Assembly (NCBI GenBank): GCA_013265495.1
Contig: MU057809.1
Location: 312,001 to 376,000, forward strand
DNA: 64,000 nt
DNA from: Vicugna vicugna
Lineage: Eukaryota
Direction of reading: 5' to 3'
Shown here one piece after another: positions 1 to 13,700 of this stretch. The notes beneath the pieces are model-generated. The model was given only the letters and a program-made list of their open reading frames with translations. It ran no database searches and was not told the DNA's origin. Every line of letters starts with the position of its first letter. The stretch's first letter is position 1. The position numbers were made by a program, and so were the translations under genes.

Positions 1-520
1 TTAAAGAAACAGACGTTGAACCTGAAAGCGTCTGCAGGGAACAGAGAACTACTAAGAGAAACTTAGGAAGGAGATCCAGACCCCTGAAAACTAACTCTCC
101 AGGCCCAGAGGGTTGCACCGGCGGATCCCACCGAACACTAAAGGAATAATTAACACTGAGTACGCTGACTTAAACCCGGCTAGGTCAGCTCAACGACAAG
201 AAAAACCCAGACCAATGCCCCTCGTGAATCTCGATGCAAAAACCCTTCACCAAATGCTGGCGAGCAGACTTCTGCACCACGTGGAAGGGACTGCGTCCCA
301 GCACCACGGAGGGCTGACCCCCGGAGACGCCAGGCTGGCTCAGTCCTCCGTCACTGTAGTACGCCACATGTGACAGGGAAGGGGGGGAAGGCCACGTGGT
401 CAGAACAGCTGACAGAGACAGCACTTGATGGAACTCAACACCCTTCATGACAGAGGCGAGCAGGATGCTGGGGACAGGCAGGTCCCTCAGCTTGACAGAG
501 AATGTGACTCGGGGTGGAAG
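1..520 (+). mobile_element. Degenerate old LINE-1 ORF2 (RT region) fragment
   Basis: ccaggcccagagggttgcaccggcggatcc resembles L1 'PGPDGFTGEFY'. agaccaatgcccctcgtgaatctcgatgcaaaaacccttcaccaaatgctggcg resembles 'RPISLMNIDAKILNKILA'. The frame is disrupted. Confidence 0.7.
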
Positions 521-799
521 ACTGGGGACACACAAGACAGAAGATGTGAGGGAACGCCCACAGGTCTGACCCTGGATTCTCAGCATCAACACGAGATTGA
601 GCTTGGGAGGTGCCAGAACACCCGGGGAGGGGGGTGACCCGATCAGGCGCCGATGGCCAACTGGAGGGGCAGAGCAGAGCGGAGACGAGGCTTCTGCAGT
701 GACTAGGTTGGGGCTGGGGCCGGGATGTCTCCGGTTAGAATGGACACGGGATGTGAGAGACAGAGGACGAATGCTGTGGCTCCCACCTCCATGGGGCCC

Positions 800-1020
800 C
801 TGGAAAGTCAGGTTCACAGAGTGGACAGCGGGGGCGGGGGAGGTCCGGCGAGGGGGAGGCAGTGCTTAATGGGGAAGGGGTCTCAGGTGGGAAGACAAAA
901 CACTTCTGGCGATAGTTGCACAACGATGTGAATGAACTTAACAGAAAATTTACCATCTCAGCCCTTGTAAGTGTACAGCTCAGAAGTGCACTTTACTACA
1001 ATAAAACAAGAAGGAACAAA
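800..1020 (+). mobile_element. Old L1 3'-UTR fragment (L1M-type)
   Basis: 'ggcagtgcttaatggggaaggggtctc...gatagttgcacaacgatgtgaatgaacttaac...tttactacaataaaa' matches the typical L1MB/MC 3' end. Confidence 0.55.
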
Positions 1021-4000
1021 CGAGGATCTGTGTCCAAGCACAGCTGCCGCCGTCACTCCCATGGGAGGGGAGGCAGCGGCTGCGTGGGGAAAAAAGGACG
1101 GGGACTCAGGAAGCTGAGTTCTGGGTTCGCAGACGTGCAGCGGGGCTGAGGATGGGGCCTCGGGTGTGGAGAGCAGGCGGAAGGCCAGGGGGCCCACGTC
1201 AGGGACGACGGCCCCCGGCAGAGGGGCGCCTGTCGAAGCACCTGGAGCCCGGACGCGGACGCCTCCTTCCTCTGCTCCGTCGGGGTCACCTCCCAACTCA
1301 GGGCCAGCCAGCACTGAAAGCCCAGGTAAGACGCTACCCCGACTCACAGGCTGAGACGAGGCCGCCAAGCAGCAGCCATGTCGGGAGCCGCAGCTCGTGC
1401 TGGTGGGCGGACTGTGTGCAGGCGGGACCAGAACCCGGAGGTGGCGGGGGCTGGGCAGTCCTCCCACAGCGAGGTCGCAGAGGCCAGGCCTGGCCCTTCC
1501 CCATGTGCATGGGGCAGGCGCCACAGCAAGGGGCAGGGATCCGTGGCCTCACATGATGGCCAGCGCGGACCTTCGGGTGAGGCCGCGGCCCGGCCGGCCC
1601 GGCCCCTAAGCCACACGAGGCCGGCTCCCCGAAGCCCCCACATTTGTAGTCATCTGTTGTCACACAGCAGCAGGTGACACGGCAGCTCGTCCAGCAGAAA
1701 CGAAGATTCGCGAACCCCAAGCCCCAGCGACTCCCCCCCAGAGAAACTGCCCACACGTGGGAGCGCTCACCGCACATCGCTTATAACCGCCAAGTCCACA
1801 GCCACTCGGGTGGCCGTCCCCCGGGGCACCGGCTGGGGACGACAGCAGCATGGATGATACTTAGTTCAGTCAAAAAAGCAAAATACAAAAAAAAAAAAAG
1901 CAATTCCAACCACACAGAGCTCAAACACAGACAAACCAAACGACCATTCAGGGTGCACACGTGCGGAGCTCAGGTCCAAAGATGAGCACGGAGGTGGCGG
2001 CAGAGCGCCCGCCCCCCGAGCCGGGTGTGGCTTCCTGTACGCTGTCCGTGCCTCCCTCCTGTCTACACATTTAACAACAAAGCGCGGGAGAGGCAGGAAG
2101 GAGAGACACCCAGCAGACTGTGCCCGTCTGTGGCCACAAGTGAAACTCCCCACTCAAGTCACAGCGGCTCAGTTTAACTCTAGGCTCCAACTTGAATTTA
2201 AACCGAAAGCCACCACCATTTCCCAGGGACAGAGCCCTTCTGCAAAACCAAAGGTGTATTCAAGCCTGCTCCCCCCACTCCATGCACCTGTTTTTAAAGT
2301 CAGCTCAAGTAAAGGCGAGACACCAGTAGTGACACTCTGGGCCTAACACCAGACCCAGACGCAGAAAGGTCAGGGGGGAAAGGTCAGCGATTCTTCCCGG
2401 CCTCAGAACGGAGTCTGAGGAGAGCCATTCGCCCCAGACGTGCAAGCCTGCAGAGGAAAAGGCACACAGCCACCGGGAAGACGGGGCGGAAGACGGCCTT
2501 GGTGGGGGGAGAAGCAGCCCCCATAGCGGGCGCCCCCCACCCCCGAGTCCCCTGGTTCCTGCCTACGGTCCTCGGGCTCTGGGAGGATCCCAGAGCCCCA
2601 TGGGGCCACTTCCACGAGTGGTCACTCAGGAACCGGCCTCTCCCCGCCAGCCGCCCCATCACGTTTAGGGGGGTTCACCCTCCACAAACACCTCGACATG
2701 GTTTGGCTGTTCGCCCCCACCATGCAGGAGTGTGCGTCTCTGCCTTAAAACTCTCAAGTCCAGTTTAATCCACCAGTAACGAACACAAGCAAACCAAGAC
2801 AAGAATCAGGACTGAATTTTCTACAAGTAACTTACCCTCAGGAAGGAGCTGCCTGTGGAGACAACCCCTGCCTCCTGGAGGGGTCCAGCTCCCTGCTCCA
2901 AGCCGGCGGCGGGGCCTCCCCAGTCCGCACCCCCTCAGTGGTGCTTCTTAAGTTCTGCTTTCCTTTTAAAACCAGTTCCACGAGGCCGCGCAAGCCCCGG
3001 CAGTCCTGATCGTCAGGCCCCATATTCGGAGGGACTGGAGCGCGGGAGCCGTGTGGGAAAGAGCGTGGGCCGCCAGCAGGACAGAAGACGGCACACGTGT
3101 GCACTTCTTCCTCACAGATTGCGGGCACTCGGCTCCATGCATGAGGACACGGGAACCTTGCCCGTTCCAAGCTTACGCTTCAGGCCACGAGTGCGCCAGG
3201 AGGCTCACGTGTCCGGTCCCAGCAGCCCGCCCAGAACACAGGCTGCTCCGCGGGAACTGCGGGCCCCCTGGCCGAGGGACCGACTTCCACCTGGGACCCG
3301 GCGCATGGAGTGGGGCGCACTGGCCCCCGTGTGTCTGTACCTGCGCGCTCAGACCTGCACACACACTCACGCTCCCCGAGAGCCATCCACGTCTCAGCGG
3401 CCAGTGTGGAGCCCACCCTTGGGGACCCCATGCACGCCCTCAGGGGCACAATGCGAAGCCCCACACGCTGCTCTGTGACCCTCTTCCGAGCAGCTGGAGG
3501 GGCAGAGGGGCCGCACGGAGCCCACCCACCGCATGCCAGGCCCGGCCTGGCCCAATCCACGTCCGCCAGCCTCCGGGTGCCAGGTTTCTCTCAGGGCAAG
3601 GACAGAGGCCGGAACACCGACAGTGGAAAATCGCTGACTGCGCCTCTCGGAGAACCACAGACTCCACTGCGTTTATCCAGAGAGAAGGAAGCCCAGCTAT
3701 CGGGTGTGGGTGGCAGTCACAGAAGACGTGGCCGCCTGCACGGGCTGTGCTGGTGGGGCTGGAGTCGCCCAGATCACCTCCCTGTGCCCTCAGGCGCTGG
3801 GTGAAACTGCCAGAGGACGGAGCCCAGCTTCCCAGCATGAAGCCCTCCTTTTCACTTGCCACTCCACTTAAAAACCAGGCCGCGGCCACGCTTACTGAGA
3901 GCATGAGCCCTCACGTGCCCCCTGCCCCCGTGGGGCTGGGATCCCCTCCGCTGCACAGATGTGACGCTGGAGCTGGGGGTCACAGACCTAGGAGGGGGGA

Positions 4001-4224
4001 GCGGGCTCGGTGGGGTCCGGACCCCATAGGCAGAACTGTACTAAGAGCCTACTGGTTGCTGCAGCAGCAATGTCAACAGGAAACTGATTCATAAAACCGC
4101 TAACTCTCGGCAAACGTAGAAGTTCCCTCAGATCAGTTTCCGTGCCACCTATAAACATCGATCCCACACTCCCAAAAGGACGCATATCGCCGTGTTCCTC
4201 GTCCTCAGCCCCAGATAACTCGGC

Positions 4225-4400
4225 CGTCGTGGACTGGGCACTGTGTCAGCTGTTCCAGCACGCGACTGCACGGTGCCCTTACAACAGCCCTACGTGATCA
4301 ACCCCAATCGCCTCCTCTTGACCATTTCAGAGACAAGCGTGGTGCCCAAGGTCAAGACCCATCCAGCTGCCCTGCGTAAGCCCAGGCCCACCTGACCAGG
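4225..4400 (-). mobile_element. MIR SINE remnant
   Basis: 'gggcactgtg...cttacaacagccctacg...gtgcccaaggtcaagac' follows the MIR core layout; highly diverged. Confidence 0.45.
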
Positions 4401-7400
4401 CTGTGCTAAGCTCTACCCTACAGGTGGTCTCTGAGCTTGGATGTGGGGCGGTCAAGCCCCCGGCCCGCAACAAAGACAGGGCACATCCCCCAACACCTGT
4501 GCTCCCCTCCTGCTCCCAGTAACAAGGCTCCCATTCTGACTGGGCTCCTGGCTGTCCAGCTGGAGGTTATGGTCCCAGGGCCCCCACAGCCACATACGGG
4601 CGGACAACACAGGGAGGTGGGCAGGGGTGAGTGAGGGGGCATGTCCACAGGCAGCTTCCTGGTCAGCTCCTCAAGGTGAAGCCACTGACCCTCAACATCT
4701 GCTCCACCCAGACCCAACCACACGCCTGGGGTGGGCTCCCTCTGACCGGATGCCAGGCAGCCCCACAGGGGTGGCAGGACGGTGGGGAGTGAGGAGCCAG
4801 GTCCCTACACAGCCCAGGAAAGACCCCACACTGTGAGACCAACTTCCACCCTACGTAAGGCACTGATCTGGGATCCCCGTGCTGCAGCGGTCGGCCCACA
4901 CCAGGACACGTATGTCTGTGAGCTTCCGTCTGTGGCTGGGTTTCGGTCCCTCCTGCACGCCGAGCCCTGCACTTGGTCATGGCACACAACACTCAGTCCA
5001 GACCCACGGCCCGCAGTCACGCATTCCAGCCTCAGCCCCTGCCCCACACCGGGTGGGCCTGGTTCCAGCCAGCTCACACCTACAGGCCAGGCGGCTGCGT
5101 GCTGAGCCCGGAGCCATGGGCAGGGCTCGGTCTGGCCAACAGAGGCTCAGGATGCGCAGACGGCGTCCTCAGAGCGAAGCTGGGGTCAGTGGTGAGCCAG
5201 GACCCCCACCTCCACTTTCACTTCAGTCTTTCGAGAGATCTGAGCACGAACTCAGAGCCGACCCAGCCTGGAGGTCGGGCCTCCGACAAGTGGGTGTTCG
5301 GATACCTACACGTCCACAGCCGCCTTCAGGTGGGCACCCGGGCAGACGAGGGGTCGTCCCCCCAGCCTGGGAGAGGCAGTGCGGCCCTGGCCCCCAAGGA
5401 CGGCACGTTCAGAGCAGACACTGTCCGAGCCCCTCACAGCGGGAGACGTGAGCGCCGCGCCTGGGAAAACCATCTTCAAAGCAGCGACTGTTTTCCCAGC
5501 TGTGAGCGCTCCATCCTGGGAAATCTTTTCATACCACTACAAAAATAATTTTGGAAGGACTGAACAAATATTCAGCGAAGTCTGTCCACCCTGGCATTCT
5601 AGCCCCCAAACTGGGGCGCTTTCTCGTGTACGTCGTCTGATTGGCCAGTGACCAGCGGTCCTGACAGCCGTGCGTGACCTCCTCAAACACACGGAGAGTC
5701 AACTCCCCTAACTCAGGACAGTGAGCTGGGCAGCTGCCTTTGAACCACGGGAAGCGGACACAGTCTGAGCAGGAGAAAAGGCAGAGACGGGGGCCTCCCG
5801 GGCTCGCCCCGCCACATCACCAAGCACAGCCTGACGGCGAAAGCGCGGGGCAGCCACAGCTGAGGGGAGCCCCGGCGCTGCGCACGCTCACGGCGGGCGG
5901 GGGGACAGGCGCCTGCCACCAACAGTCGTGGCCCCTCTGAGCAGTTCCCTCAGCCTTTAAAAGAGCCAGTTTGCACCACAACCAGGGGAGTGCCGGTGAC
6001 CCGCCGGAGGTTCAGGAATGACGGCGCGACAAGCCCCTTCCAAAGCCAAGAAGGGGACGGGGGGCACAGGACGCGTCCAGGAGCACGGGCTCCGGGCCGG
6101 CAGCCACGCGGGCCTCCTGCTCGCACAGGCCGGGCCTGAGCAGGGGGCTCCGGGACAAGGGCTTCTCTCTAAGCGCTCCGCGTTTTCTGCGTTTTCCACG
6201 AGGGGTGTGTCCTCCACGTGAAGGGGCGAGGGCAGCTGTGTTTTCAAACGTCAGGTTAAGGACAGTGTTAGAAACGCACCGTAACCTGAGCCTGCCTGCC
6301 GCGCCCCCTTCACAGAAGGGCTGGAGGGGAAGGCGGGGGTGCAGAGTTGCGATGGGGCCCTTCCTTTTTGAAACTTTCCTTGTTATTTTGACACCATCTA
6401 CTCAGGAAACAAGCAAAGCACTTACAGGGCGCATAGCACGCGAGCCCGGCTGGAATGAGGTGCCCCTCCCTTTCATGCTGGACAGCCTTAGATGCCGGGG
6501 GAGAGAGCGGGTCCCGCAGGGCGGCCCTGGGACCTCCCCAGACAGAGGCTCATGGGTCCTTCCAAGGACTCCACGGTGTGTGCAAGCATCAGAGCGAAGC
6601 CCCCAGGACGGAGCTGGCCAAGAAATCTGAGTGCCCATGGGTCCTGGCGCGGTGCTGGTGAAGGGGACAGCAGAGGCCGCTGCCCTGCCCTGCCCGTGGC
6701 TGGGGAGGAAAGGGGGGGAGGAGACAGACAGAGGAGTAGGTCCACGGAAAGGTGGCAGACACGTGGGCTGTGTGAAAGTGTCATGATGTCCTTTTCAGGG
6801 GAAGAAGCCAGGCTCACTGGGTGTGGAACTGTGCGAAGCAACCAGAGAAGATCTCCTGGGGGAGAGGAGACCCTGAGACTGGGCTGCCCCTCAGACAGGC
6901 CCACAGTGGGGAGTCCCCGGCAGCCCTCCCCTCGTCTACAGGCCGCTGGACCAGGTGGGTGGGCGAGGATGAGGGGGCCCAGCCACACTGCACACCTGGC
7001 TGGCAGGGAGGCCAGAGGGACCCAGAAGATGCCGGTGGGAGCAGAAAGCGCCCCGCTCGCCGGCACGGCCGTCCCAGGAGGAGCTGAGAGAAGAGCAGGT
7101 GTGGACGGTCACCCCGACCCTGGCCAGGTCCACTCTCTGAGCGGACGGGCCAGACCCTGGAGCTGGCGCTCAGCTTCCGTGTTCTCCACCCAGAGCACAG
7201 GCCCGACGTCCCTCCAAGGCCTGGCGCACGTCTCCCCACCACTGAAAGCTCCGGGGCACGGCCCTTGGGCTCCGGGAAGTCACTGCACGTAGCCTCTCGT
7301 CACGGAGACTGGTGCTTGGAGCCCCTAGAATGGAGCCAGCTCAGCCCCGACAGCTCCCACACCGTCATCTCACGCACACGGGAAAAGAACAAAGACTTCA

Positions 7401-10399
7401 TTTTTCATCCTTCCCCAGCTCGGTTTTTCACTAGAACAAGAATGCTGAAAACACACTGTACTAGCTGAAAACATTTGTCCAGACGCCCCCCTGGACCAGG
7501 TGCTCCCCTTCCAATGAGCGCGTCCCTCCTCAGCCCTAAGTAACCGCAGCCTCCTCCCTCGTGTTTGCCGCCATCTGCCGACGGCCGCCCGGGGCTCCTA
7601 TGCTCCCTCAGGGCTGGGCCCAGCCTGGGTCCCCACGGTCACACGGCCCCCGCTGACCCTGCTGACTGCCCCCCATCGGTGCGCCTCCCCCGCGGCTCCT
7701 CCTCCCCTCTCCGGACGTCCTGTCGCTGCGACCCTGAATCCAGCGTGGGTCTGTTTTCATTTACTTTTTGGGACTCAAACTGCTCCTTTGGAGCACAAAC
7801 ATGGTCTTTCATCCACTTCACAGACCCCTGGGCACTTTTTCCCTCAAAGAGCCCCCCCATCGTCTGTTCTCAGCTTCCTCCTGCTGACCACGGGCTGGCT
7901 CTCCACCCCGCCCTCCGGCCACGTCCAGCCTGGCGCTCAGCCTGTCCACCCGGGCCCTGATTTCCAGGCTTTTACCTTCAGTTTTCCGTCTGGTTCCTTC
8001 TCCCGCTGGGGGTGAGGTCAAGGAAGGCGCGCCTGCTCCCCGTGCCCGCAGACTCTCACCCCGAGCTCCCGCGAGCCCTGCCACGACCCTGGGACGGTTT
8101 CCCCTTGGGGGCGTGCTTCTCTGCCGTGGAAGCTGCTCTCCTGCGGGGGTGTGCACTGGTTTCGCCGCAGGTTCCAGGAATTTCACTGGTCCAAACAGGC
8201 CTGTGTGTCCGTCTCCGGCTGGGGGCCCCACGCTGCCGGTGAGGGCAGATCTGGGTCTGGTACTGATACCTGCCACAGCCCGGGACGACGTGCCCTGCCC
8301 ACCCTGCCCGCTGTGGGCGGTCTTCTAACCCACATTTGAGCTGGCTCTCGGCTGCGGGGCAGGGAGCCCAGTCCACTGCCTGCCGTGGGTGTGGGCCTGG
8401 CCCCAACGGTGAGCGCACGGCCTGCAGAGACGCCCAGTCTCGAGGTCCCGGCCCCACGTTCCCCGCTGCCGCGCACGCCCCCCGCCCCTGAGCCAGCCCT
8501 GCTGCAGACGTCTGCTCTCCCAGCATCTTCCCGGGCCGACCGAGCCACCACGGTGACGGAAGTTCTGTGAGCGTGCTACTGGAACTCCTGCGATGAGCTC
8601 CCACTACTTCAACCTGGCTGAGACTCGGGAGCCTAGAGGTCACCTTGAGGGTGAGGCCAGACACGTGGCAGCAGGGCCTCACCCGCCTCGCCCCCGGCGC
8701 ACACAGTGCCCACTGTCGCCTAAGGCCGAGGTTAACACACTGCGGGCATCCAGGCCCAGACCCTCGAGCACAGTGAGTGTGGCTCCCAGGCTTCTGGATG
8801 GTCTGCTGGCTACAGCAGAGCCCGCGTGGGGCTAAGGCTGCGGGCCCCCCACCCGCCAGGCCCACTTCCGGAGTCCACTCACCACCGCAGCTCAGGGCCC
8901 AGGATTCACCTTCCCACGCAGATGCCAGCAGACACCTGTCCACAGCAGCCGCCTCCCCCTTCTCTGTGCCGGAGGGGACCCACCAGCCATCGAAGCCCCA
9001 CACGCTGCTGGGAAGGGCTCATCACTGAGCACCGTGCGGGTGCCAGGGCCACACCAGTGAGCGTGTGTCCGCGGGGCAGCGAGACCGGCAGCCAGCAAAT
9101 GCGACGCTGCCCGGCCTCCCCGCACGGGCCCTCCGCCCCGGCCAGGAGGCTGAGCGAACCGACAGCCATCCCAAGAGGCACACTGGGCGCCAGAGATGCC
9201 TGGAAATCGGACCAGGCCCAGATCAGCGGCCAGTGGCTGGCGACCCCCACGCCGCCGATCTTAGCTTCCCGCTAAAATGCCTTTGGAGGCACAAGACATA
9301 AAAGGACACACGTCACAGTAACAGCTAAGCTCCAGCCCTGTCACCAGAGTCCCGGAGGGGATGCAACGGACCACGTTCCCACGAGCAGGAGCCCACCTGC
9401 GAGGCCCCTCCTCTCGTCTGCATGTCCTGCTGGGGGCGGCAGCGGCGGGGCGCAGGCCTCACAGAAAAGAGACGAGAGGTCCTCCCACCTTCCTACACAG
9501 ACCGGAGAAACGCAAGGGCCCATCGGGGCGTTGTGGGGGCCGGGGGCCGGAGTGCGGGCAGAGCGCGGGCCTGAGCCAGCAGGGTGTGGCCAGCCCTCCA
9601 GCCCCAAGTGGCTGAGGGGCTGTCCGCTTAGGCCAAAGGCCATAAACCAAAATAACTTGGCTGGAAAAATATCTGAAACGTTAAGGAAAGACAAAGAGCT
9701 CTCAGCATAACAAGTGTTTTCCCACATTCAACAGAGTGGAAGGCCTTTGCAACAGAATTGGTAAAAACACAGAAAGACAAAGCAGTTAAAACCACCTGAA
9801 CGACCTCTGTCAGAAAGATACGACGCGGGCGCCACGCGGGTGGAAAGCCAGCACTTCCGCCGGGGGGACACCGAGGACGGACCCCAGAACGCCAGCCGCG
9901 GCGCTCTCTCGGGTGGGAGGGGTGGGCTCTCCGGCTGCTTCTGCGTGTTTGCCTGCATTTTTTTAAGTAGAGGCCATGTATGGCTCAGGAAAAATAACAA
10001 ACACTGCTTTTAAAAATTACATTTTGCTGAGCTATTTTCTGCTGGCCACGAGGAAGCAGCGCTCACAACGCCCAGGGCACGGGCGTGAGCACAGCTGGGT
10101 GGGGGAGCGGGCCCGCTTCCTGCGGCCCAGGCTGCGCCCTGCCCGGTCTCCACGGCAGCGGCGCAGCTGACCGGCTTCCAGCTCTTCTGTTAACAGCCCA
10201 GAGCTGACAAATGAGCTGAGAACACCCATCCTAGAGACGGCGCAGCACACCAGCTCGTGGCCGGCCTTTCAGCGGGCCCCAGCCCCCACACCGCAGGAGG
10301 ACGAGGCCCCCCACCAGGCCGGGAGAAGCCCCCCAGGCAGTTTCTGGAATCCATAAAGCCGACAGCACGCGCACCAGCACAGCCTGGAAAAGCGGTCTG

Positions 10400-10895
10400 C
10401 ACTCTGCTCTCCCACCCCCAGGACGGCTCAGACTGCCCCTTCAACGTGCGCACCGGGGTCAGAAAGACCGAACCTCGTTAGAGATGGCGAAGCAGCGCCG
10501 GCCGGCGAAGCTGCAGAGACGCCGGACCTCTCCTGCGATGACAGGGGTGTGAAGCGAGGCCGCCACGCTGGAGTCAGGTCGCGGTCACACCCCAGGCACT
10601 GGGTGTTCACAGCACTTCACTCCCAAAAGCGAAGACGGGAAACCACCGAAATGCCCTTTGTGGAGGCACAGGGAGCCGTGTGGGGACAACGTCTCTGCAT
10701 CACGACCGTGGGGGCAGTCAGACACCTACGCCCGCGATCAAACTGCACGGAAGAGCACGTGCAAAACTAGTGGCATCAGAACGCGCTCTGGGGGCTGCAC
10801 AGTGTCCCCTCCTGGCTGTGACACCACAGTCTCCCTGACGGGGACACTCGGCCCAGGGAGCTTACGGTGTAATCTGCAGTTCTTTCAGAAATAAA
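10400..10895 (+). mobile_element. Old L1 (L1MC-like) 3' end, GC-shifted
   Basis: 'atcaaactgcacggaag...gtgcaaaactagtggcatcaga...gtgtaatctgcagttctttcagaaataaa' resembles the L1MC terminus. Confidence 0.45.
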
Positions 10896-11893
10896 CATGA
10901 AGAGAACATAGAAGCAAGCACCCCACTGGTTACATGGGACCAGGCCCTCAACCAACACTGAGCTCACCTCCCCACCGGCCAGGGGACCTGCGCTCAGAGA
11001 CGGCTCCGCCCCAGCCACACCAGACGCTATCATGACCACCAAGCTCCAACGGGGATGGAGGACGGAGAGGATCTGGAAGCTGGAAGGGCCTCAGAAGTCC
11101 CAGCAGGAGTCCCTCCAGCAGGAGTCCCTCCAGCGCCTCCCCTGAAACGCACCACGTCTCAGCCTGAGCTCTGCCAGGACCAGACAGACGCCCGCCTGGG
11201 CTCACCCGGCGGCTGGGCTCCGGCCCACAGCCCTCCCTCCCTGTGACGCCCACTCACCACTCCCGGTCCAGAGCTCTCCTGCGATGACAAGGGTGTGAAG
11301 TGAAGCGAGGACGGCGAGGGGTGCAGAACCCCCGCGACCGAGGTGGCCCCATGAGGACTGGAAGGCAGGGCCTGTACCTCGATCACCCTGAGGCCAGCTT
11401 CACAGTCCGGGGAAGTCCAGCCCCCCAACCCCCGCCCCACTGCCCCACAGCAAAAGCTCCTTTGGTGGTTCAACCTCCATCCCTGCAGACGCTAATTCCC
11501 CACTCAAACCAAAGGTGCTCTGGCAGCTCACGAGGCCCCGTTCCTCCTCTAACTAGGCCCCTGCTGGCGGTGCCTACGGCAGCTTTCCCACGGCAGCCAT
11601 GGACCCAAGAGTCGCCAACCATCCTGGACAGGCCACGGGCCCTTCTGTCCTGCGGTGATTTGCGGGCGGCCTGGTGGGCAAGGGGATGGAGCGGAGCCTG
11701 GGGCCCTGGGGAGGGTCCACCAGCGGCTGACTTGGGGGGCCCCCCGCACCCCTGGTGCTACGCCCTCCTGCCGGGCTGGCCCCCGCCCACCGCCTGTGCG
11801 CACGGCCCAGACGCCCGTCTCCACTAGGCTGTGGGCTCACTGTGAGGTCCGCTTTCTTGAGACACGCTCACCTTTTGAGAGAAGTAAGATCCA

Positions 11894-11971
11894 GAGAGGG
11901 TACAGCTCAGCGGAGCACGTGCTTAGCCTGCATGAGGTCCTGGGCTCAATTCCCAGCACCTCCATTAAAAA
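11894..11971 (+). mobile_element. tRNA-derived camelid SINE (vic-1-like), short form
   Basis: gagggtacagctcagcgg (A box)...gcttagcctgcatgaggtcctgggctcaattcccagcacctcc (B box) followed by an A tail; TSD aagatcca at 11886-11893 and 11972-11979. Confidence 0.9.
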
Positions 11972-13079
11972 AAGATCCAAAGAGATGTGTCCAACATCGT
12001 AATAAAGCTTAACCGGTTTTTTAGGGGACAGGTTCTCATGGGGAGGGCTGGCTTGTTTTCAATCATATTTGGATTTTAAATTTTTCCAAGTGTTTTCCCG
12101 GTGTGTGTTGAGAGGCCAACCTCAGAGCAAAGCTCACCTTCAGGTGGCGACTGGCACGCTGTCTGCCGCAAACAGCAGGTGAGAGAAGTCAGGGAAAACC
12201 ACGAACTCCTCCCAAGGCAGAGGCCGCCCCACCACTGCGTTCTCTCGAGCCGTGTGAGATTTCCCCACCCAACAAGGGACTGATGTGGTTGTAAACACAG
12301 ACACTGAGCAACGTGGCAAGTTAACCATGGATCTAAAAACAAATAAAATTTCACACGCCTCCTGTTTTCTTGCAGGAAAAGCCAGTGCAAATCACTATAA
12401 ATAGACGGACACCTTGCAGCCCCGGAACCTCCTCTCGACCCCACCGTGCCTCACGCACCCACACGCCACGGAACTTGGCAGGTGACTAGAATCTGTTGGA
12501 AGCACGCGTGACGACAAACACCCCTGTAAGCCATGGCACACCGAAACAATAACGCAGCGCTGAGCGGAAGCCTCCATCCGCAGCAGCGCAGAGGCCCCAT
12601 CTCTGATACGTACTTGCCGAGCAAGCTGAGCGTCCTCGTTTGACCTCAGGGAGCTGCTGCTACGTCTCATCAGTTACAGGACAGTTAGGCTATGGGTCAA
12701 CGTGGAGCTTGTGAGGAAGCAGGAGTGGAAGTCAAGTCAGGCGGCCGGCTGGGCCAAGGAGACGGGATTCAGAAAGAAACTGGGGAAGCGTGGCAGGAGG
12801 GGCAGGCCCGGCACGTGGCTGAGTCAGGACAGAGGGGAGGCCGGGGAGCCGAGAGCCCGGGAGACCCCCACCGGGGCAGTGGCTGCGGCTCTGTGCGGGC
12901 CAGCCCATCTCCCAGGTGTCCGGCGGCACTGGGACGCAGGAGATGGACAACCCAGCCTCGCCTGTGTCTGCCTGCGTCCACACTGGGCCCAGCCCCGGCC
13001 ACTCACCCGCTCAGAAGCCTGCCAGCTCTCTTCGGAGAAGGTCACATGATTTTGGCGAGTGACACAAACCACCACCAAA

Positions 13080-13700
13080 AAACCACAAAAGATTTGTCAT
13101 GAAATCTGAAAGTTGATTCCAAAACTCACACAAACAGAACATATACAACAAAGGCCAAGAACCCCAACAGCACCTGCGACACGAGGGGTGTGGGGGCGGG
13201 GCGCCGTGCTCAGGCCCCGCCCACCACACATCCAAGGGACCGAAGCAGGCTTGTCAGCAAAAACGGCTCATGAACGTTCACAGAGCGCCATGCACACTGC
13301 CACAAGGTGGAAAGAGCCTGAAGATGACCGAGTGTGTCCATGTGAATGTGCCTGAACATGCGTGTGCTGCGTGCCTGTGTCCATGTGCGTGCACGTGTCC
13401 GTGTGCACGTGTGTGTTCATACAAAAACACAGCCTCAGCCAGACGGAAGGGGTGAGCGCTGGCACACACAGCGTGGCCGAGTCTCGGAAGCAGGATGCTG
13501 AGCGAGGGAAACCAGACACACGCCGCTCGACTCCTACCGGAAGCGTCCGGAACAGGGAATCCAGAGGGAAAGTGATGGGGGGGCCGGGGCGGGGGTGCAG
13601 TCAGGAGTGACCAGTGGGAGTGACCAGGGTTCCCTCCAGGTGACGGGAGTGTTCTGGAACGAGGCAGGCTGAAGGTTGCACAGCATCATCCTTCACTTAC
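13080..13700 (+). mobile_element. Degenerate L1 ORF2/3'-UTR fragments with an embedded TG/CA-rich tract
   Basis: 'gaaagttgattccaaaactcaca', 'gagcgagggaaaccagacaca' and 'gtgacgggagtgttctggaac' are L1 3'-region motifs. Confidence 0.45.

Noticed and set aside
2855..9275. Many 150-350 aa ORFs (e.g. 3051-4094, 6492-7292, 8056-9003)
   Set aside because: GC-rich intronic sequence, open in several frames, with no motifs or consistent splice structure
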